DNA of 64,000 bases from Thermoplasmata archaeon (lineage in GTDB: Archaea; Thermoplasmatota; E2; DHVEG-1), in assembly GCA_020054495.1 (NCBI GenBank), contig JAHWGK010000001.1:19048-83047 (forward strand). Direction: 5' to 3'. Below the pieces are notes generated by a model. It ran no database searches, was not told the DNA's origin, and saw nothing but the letters and a program-made list of their open reading frames with translations. Shown in pieces: positions 28,452 through 36,356 of the stretch (position 1 is its first letter; every line of letters starts with the position of its first letter). Made by a program: the position numbers and the translations under genes.

Positions 28452-29750
28452 CTAACTTTCGAATCCAAGAATTATATCTACTGCCTTTCGAGTTGCACCA
28501 TCTTTTGTTCTAGACAAATATTTATTAAAATTATTAACAAAAATTTTACGGTCTTTTTCAGGGTTTGACTTAAACTTCATTATCCATTTTTTAAGTTCAA
28601 TTGTATCTTTTGCTTGAGGTGAAAAACCAACCATCGCATAATCATCAACTAGATTTTTTAAATTTACATCTTTGTACAAAATTGTAGGTTTTCCAACTGA
28701 AAGAGCATCAAGTACTGCAGATCCTCGGCCCATATAAATTACTATATCGGAAATTGAAGATAGACTCATAGCTTGAGATTGATCAATAGTCCATCTTTTT
28801 TTATCATATTTATTAAGAAGGCTTTTAAGATGTTTAAGATCTTGTCTTGGATGCGGTTTAACAATCAAAAAAGAATCTGGAAAAGAAATTACAGTATCCA
28901 CAATTTCATGAAACGTAGCACTTAAGGTCTCTTTTGTAAAACTAGAAGCGGTCGGTCTAACTGTAAACAATAAAAAAATGGTTTTTTTAGAATCGTATAC
29001 TTTTTTCTTGGAACCATGCCTATCCCAATTATCTAGGATAAATTGAATCCACCAGTCATCATATCTTGGAATTCCAACCGCATGTGTTTTGTTTTTGTAT
29101 GTTTTGTTTCTTTTGTTTAGTAATTGTGTCATTTCTTTTGTGTTACATAGGATATCGTCTGCAAAACGTGTTGGAGTCTTTTGAGAATCTGATTTTTTTG
29201 ATATTGGAATATTATAGATGCAGGTTGCATGCGGGAATATTACTTCTCTAGCTCCCATTTTTCGTGCTATATCTACAATACGTTTTCTTGTACCTTTATC
29301 TTGAGATTCATCTTTGAGTAAAACATCAGGTTTGATTTTGTTCATCATTTTTTTATTTGGTGGGAATATTCTGAAAAAATATTCAAATATATGGTTTTCT
29401 TGAAATATCGTTAATTTTGATCGAATAGTTTTGTTAAATATTCTCATAAATATGTTAAAAATTCTTTTATGAACTGGTTTAAGAAAATCTTTTGTTTCAT
29501 ACCAGTTATCTACACAATTTAAAAGTAGATTCTTTAGGAATGTGTTTTCCTTTAGTATTGCATTTGAGTCTAAATGATTAAACAAAACGGATTGAGTAAT
29601 TTCAGGATAATTATTTTTTATATATTGACAAATAGGTAAGATCCAGTCTATTTCCCCCCAGGAGGTATCAATCAAAATTAGAATGTTTTTGACATTTCTG
29701 TGTTTTTCAGGATCTTTTTCCTTTGAATTGTACAATTTTTTAACACCCAA
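28452..29750 (-). CDS. GT-B-like transferase with HP motif (TagF/capsule-synthesis/sialyltransferase-like)
   Basis: FLIVKPHPRQD followed by SDIVIYMGRGSAVLDALSVGKPTILY. This layout is shared by CDP-glycerol glycerophosphotransferases and CMP-sugar transferases. Confidence 0.45.
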   Translation of the reverse strand: MGVKKLYNSKEKDPEKHRNVKNILILIDTSWGEIDWILPICQYIKNNYPEITQSVLFNHLDSNAILKENTFLKNLLLNCVDNWYETKDFLKPVHKRIFNIFMRIFNKTIRSKLTIFQENHIFEYFFRIFPPNKKMMNKIKPDVLLKDESQDKGTRKRIVDIARKMGAREVIFPHATCIYNIPISKKSDSQKTPTRFADDILCNTKEMTQLLNKRNKTYKNKTHAVGIPRYDDWWIQFILDNWDRHGSKKKVYDSKKTIFLLFTVRPTASSFTKETLSATFHEIVDTVISFPDSFLIVKPHPRQDLKHLKSLLNKYDKKRWTIDQSQAMSLSSISDIVIYMGRGSAVLDALSVGKPTILYKDVNLKNLVDDYAMVGFSPQAKDTIELKKWIMKFKSNPEKDRKIFVNNFNKYLSRTKDGATRKAVDIILGFES

Positions 29751-29916
29751 GGTAATATTAGATTTTGATGATGAATGGGTTCTTATTCAAAAGTGTTTTT
29801 GCTTACATTATTTTAGCGAATAATGATTTTATCAAGTACGAGTACTGTACGATATTATAATAACACAAGATTTTTGTATAAGTTACTGTTCACATACTGT
29901 AATTAAAGGTGATATT

Positions 29917-30963
29917 CTGCCAAAAAATGGTTATAATTCCGTAACACTACCAGATGCCTTAGTAAAAGATATAGACAATTTTGTAGATCAGAGTAATAAA
30001 TTGATTTCAAGCAGAAGTGAAGCGCTAAAATTAGCATGGATAGAGTATAAAGATAAACATATAGAAAATGTATTAGATAAATCTGTAAGAAAAGATACTT
30101 CCAAAGTGAAAATTGGCAATAAAGCTGTGGGGGATGGTGAACCTGTTTTTTTCATAGCAGAGATTGGCATTAATCATAATGGAGACATTGAAATAGCGAA
30201 AAAACTAATTGATATTGCAGTTGAAACGGGTTGTGATGCTGTTAAATTTCAAAAAAGAACAGTTGATATTGTTTATTCAAAAAAAGAGTTAGAAAGGCCA
30301 AGAGAAAACCCATTTGGTACGACTAACGGGGATCTTAAAAGAGGATTAGAATTCGGCGAGAAGGAATTTAGTGTAATTGATAAGTATTGTAAACAAAAAA
30401 ACATACTTTGGTTTGCATCCTGTTGGGACGAAAAAAGTGTAGATTTTATAGATCAGTTTAACCCACCATGCTATAAAATTGCATCTGCATGTTTGACAGA
30501 TGATAATTTATTAAAACATACAAAAGCCAAAGGTAAACCAATTATGTTATCAACTGGTCTTAGTACAATTGATGAAATCAAACATGCAGTCGATATTCTA
30601 GGAACAAAGGGTCTTATTATTTTACATTGCACATCAACATATCCTTCAGCACTAGATGAATTAAATTTAAAAGTAATACAGAATTTTAAAAAGAGGTTTA
30701 ATTGTCCAATTGGCTATAGTGGCCATGAAGTTGGTGTAACACCTAGTCTAATGGCGGCTGTAATGGGATCATGTGTAATTGAAAGACATATTACCCTAGA
30801 TAGGGCTATGTGGGGTAGTGATCAAGCTGCAAGTCTAGAACCTAATGGTATTAGAAGACTTGTAAGGGATATTGGACAAATATCTATTGTCAACAGTGAT
30901 GGAATAAAAAAAGTTTATGAGAGTGAATTACCGATTAAATCTAAGTTAAGGCGAGTTGGATGA
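29917..30963 (+). CDS. NeuB-family (sugar + PEP) synthase lacking the SAF domain, with an in-frame N-terminal ribbon-helix-helix-like segment
   Basis: NeuB core VFFIAEIGINHNGD, CDAVKFQKR, YKIASAC, GYSGHE, IERHITLDR. Upstream in the same frame: NSVTLPDALVKDIDNFVDQSNKLISSRSEALKLAWIEY. The 5' end is uncertain (CTG 29917, ATT 29914, TTG 30001 or GTG 30106). Confidence 0.75.
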   Translation: MPKNGYNSVTLPDALVKDIDNFVDQSNKLISSRSEALKLAWIEYKDKHIENVLDKSVRKDTSKVKIGNKAVGDGEPVFFIAEIGINHNGDIEIAKKLIDIAVETGCDAVKFQKRTVDIVYSKKELERPRENPFGTTNGDLKRGLEFGEKEFSVIDKYCKQKNILWFASCWDEKSVDFIDQFNPPCYKIASACLTDDNLLKHTKAKGKPIMLSTGLSTIDEIKHAVDILGTKGLIILHCTSTYPSALDELNLKVIQNFKKRFNCPIGYSGHEVGVTPSLMAAVMGSCVIERHITLDRAMWGSDQAASLEPNGIRRLVRDIGQISIVNSDGIKKVYESELPIKSKLRRVG

Positions 30964-31550
30964 AAAAAAAAATTGAAGAAATAATACAGGCGAATATAGA
31001 TACAACTACTAAACTATTGAAATCTGATTTGGAAAAAATCGAAGAAACAGTAAGTATTATAACTAAAGCTTTAAAGAATGGAAATAAGCTATTAATTTTT
31101 GGAAATGGTGGCAGCGCAGCCGATGCTCAGCATATCGCGGCTGAGTTTATCAACAAATTCAGATTTGATAGAGATCCTTTACCAGCAATTGCATTAACAA
31201 CAGATTCGTCCATATTAACTTGTATATCAAATGACTCTAGTTTTAGTCATATTTTTGAAAAACAAATAAAGGCTTTAGGAAACAAAGGCGACATCGCCCT
31301 AGCAATAACCACCAGTGATTCAATTTTAGAAGAAAATGCTCATTCATCAAATATTGGATTTGCACTTGCTGCATCTAGAGAAAAAGGAATAACAACTATC
31401 GGATTTGTTAGTGAGAAAAGTAAAACTATTTTAGATTACCTTGATCATTATATTAAAATTCCTTCATCGGATACGCCTAGAATTCAGGAGGCGCACATCT
31501 TAGTTGGTCATATTATTTGTGAACTTGTTGAACAGGAAATATTTCATTAA
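30960..31550 (+). CDS. gmhA: SIS-domain phosphoheptose isomerase (GmhA-like)
   Basis: LLIFGNGGSAADAQHIAAEF, LTTDSS, DIALAITTS, QEAHILVGHIIC. ATGA overlap with the upstream stop. Confidence 0.85.
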   Translation: MKKKIEEIIQANIDTTTKLLKSDLEKIEETVSIITKALKNGNKLLIFGNGGSAADAQHIAAEFINKFRFDRDPLPAIALTTDSSILTCISNDSSFSHIFEKQIKALGNKGDIALAITTSDSILEENAHSSNIGFALAASREKGITTIGFVSEKSKTILDYLDHYIKIPSSDTPRIQEAHILVGHIICELVEQEIFH

Positions 31551-31568
31551 ATATCTAGGTAGAAAAAT

Positions 31569-32135
31569 ATGATTAGTAAAAAAATAGCCGAGCCGATATT
31601 AATTCATGGGAGTAATTTCAGATTAGAGAGTTTTAATGATAAATATGTTACAGAAGAATATGTGAGTTGGTTAAGAGATAAAGAAATTGCAGAAGTAATC
31701 ATTAGTGCTAACCCAAATGTTACAATAGAAAATGTTCAAGATTATTGTCAAAAAATGATGGAAAGTAATGACAATTATTTTTTTGCTATTGTTATGAATG
31801 CAAATGATAAACATATAGGTAATCTAAGATTGGGGCCTATTGATTATGATCAACGAAGTTGTAGATATGGAATGATGATTGGTAATAAGGATTATCATAA
31901 CAAAGGAGTTGGATCAGAAGTAGTTAAGTTAGCCTTAGATTTTTGTTTTCAAACTCTAGGCATGCATAAAGTCTTTTTAGATGTTTTAGAGCATAATAAA
32001 CCTGCGATTAAAATCTATGAAAAGAATGGTTTTGAAACTGAAGGAATACAACGTGACCAATTTTACAAAGATAGTAAATATTACGACGTTAGAATAATGG
32101 GTATTATTAATCCAAAGGAGAGAAATACCAAATGA
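31569..32135 (+). CDS. GNAT-family N-acetyltransferase
   Basis: HNKGVGSEVV...IKIYEKNGFETEG GNAT core. Confidence 0.8.
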   Translation: MISKKIAEPILIHGSNFRLESFNDKYVTEEYVSWLRDKEIAEVIISANPNVTIENVQDYCQKMMESNDNYFFAIVMNANDKHIGNLRLGPIDYDQRSCRYGMMIGNKDYHNKGVGSEVVKLALDFCFQTLGMHKVFLDVLEHNKPAIKIYEKNGFETEGIQRDQFYKDSKYYDVRIMGIINPKERNTK

Positions 32136-32818
32136 GCCGGCATATAGCAATGATACCAGCGCGGATGGGGAGTGTTGGTTTCAAACATAAAAACAGGAAG
32201 TTTTTTGATTGTACTGCAGATTTTCTTGATGATGTTAAATGGTTTGATAGAGTAATTGTTTCAACAGATGACCCAGTTGTAAAAGAATACTCAGAAAAAA
32301 GGGGATACGACGTTCACATTCGTCCAGAAGAGTTAGCAGGCCCTGTAGTTTCAATTAAACAAGTTTTTGAAAGTGTAATAGAAGACATGAGCATCGAAAA
32401 AGATGATATTCTTTGGTTGTTCTACTTACCAATTCTGTATAAGAGTCATGCTGATTTTGAAGAATCTAAAAAAATAATTGAAAAACCTGATGTGAAAAGT
32501 CTTTGTTCTTTTATCAAAGCTGAGACTCATCCATATGTTTGTTGGAATTACGACTCTGATAAAAAAACTTTAACACAGTATATAGAAAACGATTGTTTTA
32601 GAAGGCAGGATCAGCCACTGGCATGGGAGCACCACCATTATCTTTATTGTTTCAAAGCAGAGGAGATATCTAAGCTCGATAATGAAATGATAAATAGCAA
32701 AACATATCCTGTTTTTTTAGACGAGGAAACGGCTGAGAATTTGCTTGAGATGGATGCACCTTCAGATTATGAAAAATGGAAAAAGAAATTTGGAGAAAAA
32801 GGAGTGATTAAAAAATGA
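32132..32818 (+). CDS. divergent acylneuraminate (CMP-ulosonic acid) cytidylyltransferase family protein
   Basis: IAMIPARMGSVGFKHKNRKF is a degenerate version of IPARGGSKGIPRKN. The size fits the family. Confidence 0.65.
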   Translation: MSRHIAMIPARMGSVGFKHKNRKFFDCTADFLDDVKWFDRVIVSTDDPVVKEYSEKRGYDVHIRPEELAGPVVSIKQVFESVIEDMSIEKDDILWLFYLPILYKSHADFEESKKIIEKPDVKSLCSFIKAETHPYVCWNYDSDKKTLTQYIENDCFRRQDQPLAWEHHHYLYCFKAEEISKLDNEMINSKTYPVFLDEETAENLLEMDAPSDYEKWKKKFGEKGVIKK

Positions 32819-34170
32819 GCGTAACAGTAAATATTAAAAAACCTGTTATTAAAAAATCAGATGAAATATACGCACGAGCAGAAAAAATAATACCTTCAGG
32901 AACACAAACTTTTAGTAAAGGTACAAATCAGTTTGTAAGAGGATTTGCGCCCAAATATATTGCAAAAGGTAAAGGATGTTATACATGGGATGTTGATGGG
33001 AACAAATATCTAGATATGATAATGGCATGTCATGCAAAAATTCTTGGTTATGCAGATCCAGATGTAAATCAAGCTGTAAAGGACCAACTTGACATAGGAA
33101 CCACATACAGTCTCCCACATGAATTAGAAGTAGATGTTACAGAGAAATTAATAGATGCAATACCCTGCGCAGAAGCTGCTCGTTTTGGAAAAAACGGAGC
33201 AGATGCAACATCTATTTGTGTCAGAGTTGCAAGAGCCAATACTAATCGTGACCATATCGCATACTGTGGCTACCATGGCTGGCATGACTGGTATATTGCA
33301 AATACAGACCTAAATTCAGGCATACCATATTTCAACCAGGAACTGGCACATTCTTTTGCATATAATCAGATAGAAACACTTGAGAACATATTCAATGAAT
33401 ATCCAGATGATATAGCAGTAGTAATAATGGAAGCACTTACAATACTTGAGCCAAAAGACAACTTCCTCCACAAAGTCAAAAAACTAACACATGACCATGG
33501 AGCGCTTCTAGCATTTGATGAGGTTATGACAGGGTTTAGATTCTCATTTGGAGGAGCACAAGAGCTAACTGGTGTAACACCAGATATTGCAGCCTTTGCA
33601 AAAGCAATCTCAAATGGCATACCGCTTTCTGCAATAGTCGGTAAAAAAGATTATATGTTCTGCCTTGACAAAACATTTTTCTCATTTACATATGGCGGGG
33701 ACTGTGTAGGACTTGCCGCAGCAAATGCATGCATTCCAAAGCTTAAGAGAGAAAAGGTATCAGAACACCTTCACAAAGTCGGAAAAGTATTAAAAGATGG
33801 ATACAACAAACTTGCAGAGCAACACGGTCTTGCAGATTACACCAATTGTATGGGATATCCCTGCAGAACAGTTATATCATTTGACGGGCAGGGAACATAT
33901 GATTCCCTTGAAATGAAATCATTCTTCCAACAAGAGATGATAAGACGAGGAGTTCTCTGGGCTGCATATCATGCACTAACCTGGTCACATAAACTGGAAG
34001 ATATCGAATACACACTAGCCTGCTATGACGAAGCACTTGCAGAATTCAAGAAAATTGTTGATAAAGGTGACAAAATCAAATATCACCTAGAAGGCCCACC
34101 AGTAGAACCAGTCTTCAGAAAAGTTGCAGATTTTATGTCATATACAATGAAAGATAAAAAGGTAAATTAG
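32815..34170 (+). CDS. class III PLP aminotransferase (glutamate-1-semialdehyde aminomutase-like)
   Basis: FGKNGADAT, FDEVMTGFRF, DIAAFAKAISNG (PLP Lys). Confidence 0.85.
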   Translation: MSVTVNIKKPVIKKSDEIYARAEKIIPSGTQTFSKGTNQFVRGFAPKYIAKGKGCYTWDVDGNKYLDMIMACHAKILGYADPDVNQAVKDQLDIGTTYSLPHELEVDVTEKLIDAIPCAEAARFGKNGADATSICVRVARANTNRDHIAYCGYHGWHDWYIANTDLNSGIPYFNQELAHSFAYNQIETLENIFNEYPDDIAVVIMEALTILEPKDNFLHKVKKLTHDHGALLAFDEVMTGFRFSFGGAQELTGVTPDIAAFAKAISNGIPLSAIVGKKDYMFCLDKTFFSFTYGGDCVGLAAANACIPKLKREKVSEHLHKVGKVLKDGYNKLAEQHGLADYTNCMGYPCRTVISFDGQGTYDSLEMKSFFQQEMIRRGVLWAAYHALTWSHKLEDIEYTLACYDEALAEFKKIVDKGDKIKYHLEGPPVEPVFRKVADFMSYTMKDKKVN

Positions 34171-34173
34171 CCA

Positions 34174-35016
34174 ATGAAGAAAATAGGAATCGTACAGGGG
34201 AGATTATCACCACCGGTAGATAATCAAATACAAGCGTTTCCAATATATACATGGAAAGATGAGTTTCCAATATATGAACAACTTGGGCTTTCCTGTATCG
34301 ATTGGTTATTCAAATATGAAACAGTTGCAGGTAACCCCTTAAGCTCTGATTCTGGGATTGAACAGATTAAAGAACTATGTCACAAGCACAATGTCAAGAT
34401 AAACGCAGTTTTATCTGATTATTTCATGGTTAAAAAACTGTTTGGCGAAGAAGCAGATGAATCGATTAAAACCCTGTATTTTTTAATTGACCAATGTAAC
34501 AAATGTGGCATACCAAACATTGTTCTTCCTTTTGTGGATAATGCTGCTATAAAAGCAGAAGAGGATAAAAAACAAATAGTCGAAAATCTAACAGAACATA
34601 TACGATATGCTAACAAGAAAAATATCAATATCATAATAGAAGGGAGTTTGGAACCTGTTGTGTTTAGAGATTTTATAATATCTTTCAAACCTCTTAATAT
34701 GAAAATTAACTATGACATGGGTAACAGCACTGGTCTTGGTTATAATCCTAGAGAAGAAATAAGATTATTAGGAGAGTTTTTCGGAAGTGTTCATATCAAA
34801 GATAAAATAAAAAGTGGCGGAACTGTACCACTAGGTACTGGTAATGTAGATTTCGAAACAGTTTTTAATGAGCTTAAAAATATTGATTATTCTGGAAATT
34901 TTGTTTTAGAAACAGCACGCCAGGATTTAGAAGAGACTAAATTTATAAATGATAGAGTAGAAACAATAAAAAATTATATTAATTTCGTAAAACCATATCT
35001 AGAGGGATTTGAATGA
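34174..35016 (+). CDS. xylose-isomerase-like TIM-barrel sugar(-phosphate) isomerase/epimerase
   Basis: 280 aa. Pattern ...IIIEGS..., NYDMGN, VHIKD, FVLE is typical of the AP_endonuc_2 fold. Confidence 0.65.
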   Translation: MKKIGIVQGRLSPPVDNQIQAFPIYTWKDEFPIYEQLGLSCIDWLFKYETVAGNPLSSDSGIEQIKELCHKHNVKINAVLSDYFMVKKLFGEEADESIKTLYFLIDQCNKCGIPNIVLPFVDNAAIKAEEDKKQIVENLTEHIRYANKKNINIIIEGSLEPVVFRDFIISFKPLNMKINYDMGNSTGLGYNPREEIRLLGEFFGSVHIKDKIKSGGTVPLGTGNVDFETVFNELKNIDYSGNFVLETARQDLEETKFINDRVETIKNYINFVKPYLEGFE

Positions 35017-35828
35017 GATTTAGTTTAAAAAATCAGATAGTTGTAATAACAGGTGGCGGTGGTTTCCTAGGTGGTAAGCATGCCGAAGCAATAGCAGAAA
35101 TAGAAGGCATTCCGATCCTGATAGACATTGATGAAGAAAGTGCGAAGGCTAAAGCAAAATCAATTGAGGAAGAATATGGCAGTGCAGCATTAGGTTACAA
35201 AGTAGATATTACATCTACCGAAGAAATTGAAACGCTTGCAGATGATCTTTTAAAAAGATTTGATAAAATTGATGTATTAATCAATAATGCAGCCATGAAT
35301 CCTCAGATGGATTATAAAACAGAGAAAGAAGAAACACGTTTAGAAAACTTCTCTCTTGAACGCTGGAATGATGAAGTTTCTGTTGGACTCACGGGTGCTT
35401 TTATTTGTAGTAAAATTATTGGTCCACATATGGCAAAAAGAGGTAAAGGTGTAATTTTGAATATTGCCTCTGACCTTGGACTTATAGCTCCAGATCAAAG
35501 AATATATCGGAAAAAAAACCTTTCAGACGACAAGCAGCCTGTTAAACCTGTTACTTACACTGTGGTAAAACATGGTCTTATAGGTTTAACACGTTACTTA
35601 GCAACTTATTGGTGTGATAAAGGAGTTCGTGTCAATGCTTTATGTCCAGGCGGAATATACAATAATCAACCTGAAGATTTCGTAGAAAAGCTTACGAATC
35701 TTATACCTCTCGGGAGAATGGCCAATCCCGACGATTACAAGGGAGCCATTCAGTTTATGTGTAGTGATGCCTCTATTTATATGACTGGTTCAATTGTTGT
35801 AATAGATGGCGGACGTACCTGCTGGTAA
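35013..35828 (+). CDS. short-chain dehydrogenase/reductase
   Basis: VITGGGGFLGG, NNAA, YTVVKHG (YxxxK), NALCPGG. Confidence 0.85.
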   Translation: MRFSLKNQIVVITGGGGFLGGKHAEAIAEIEGIPILIDIDEESAKAKAKSIEEEYGSAALGYKVDITSTEEIETLADDLLKRFDKIDVLINNAAMNPQMDYKTEKEETRLENFSLERWNDEVSVGLTGAFICSKIIGPHMAKRGKGVILNIASDLGLIAPDQRIYRKKNLSDDKQPVKPVTYTVVKHGLIGLTRYLATYWCDKGVRVNALCPGGIYNNQPEDFVEKLTNLIPLGRMANPDDYKGAIQFMCSDASIYMTGSIVVIDGGRTCW

Positions 35829-35884
35829 AAAGGATTAATTTTTATAGTTAAACATATAAAGACAAGATATTTTCCTATATCTCT

Positions 35885-36346
35885 ATGTATTCTAAGATAA
35901 AACTACTAGCATTAGATTTTGATGGGGTTATGACTGATAACAAGGTTATTGTGGATGAAAACGGTAAGGAATCAGTTGTTTGCAATAGAAGCGATGGAAT
36001 GGGTATAGAGAAAATAAAAAAGAGAGATATAGAAGTAATTGTTATTTCCAAAGAACAAAATAATGTTGTAAGAGCACGTTGTGATAAACTAAGGATTCCA
36101 TGTGTTCATGGTATAGATGACAAGTTATCAATTTTAAAAAAAGAAATAGAAAAAAGAAATCTAACTCCCGAAGAAGTTTGTTTTGTCGGAAATGATGTTA
36201 ACGATATTGAATGCATTAAATATGTTGGGATGGGTGTCGCTGTAAACAATGCTTATCCCGAGGTTAAAAAAATAGCAAAAATGGTTACAGAAAAAACCGG
36301 TGGTGAAGGAGCAGTAAGGGAAGTAATTGACAAAATATTATCCTAG
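35885..36346 (+). CDS. HAD-IIIA KdsC-family ulosonate-phosphate phosphatase
   Basis: LLALDFDGVMTDN, NRSDGMGI, VGNDVNDIE. The 153-aa size is typical of KdsC/KDN-9-P phosphatases. Confidence 0.8.
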   Translation: MYSKIKLLALDFDGVMTDNKVIVDENGKESVVCNRSDGMGIEKIKKRDIEVIVISKEQNNVVRARCDKLRIPCVHGIDDKLSILKKEIEKRNLTPEEVCFVGNDVNDIECIKYVGMGVAVNNAYPEVKKIAKMVTEKTGGEGAVREVIDKILS

Positions 36347-36356
36347 TTTTCCAGCT

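Noticed and set aside
28455-28480. String ...ctttcgaatcc... resembling a tRNA T-arm
   Set aside because: It sits at the 3' end of a coding ORF (28452..29750). I could find no acceptor, D or anticodon stems around it.
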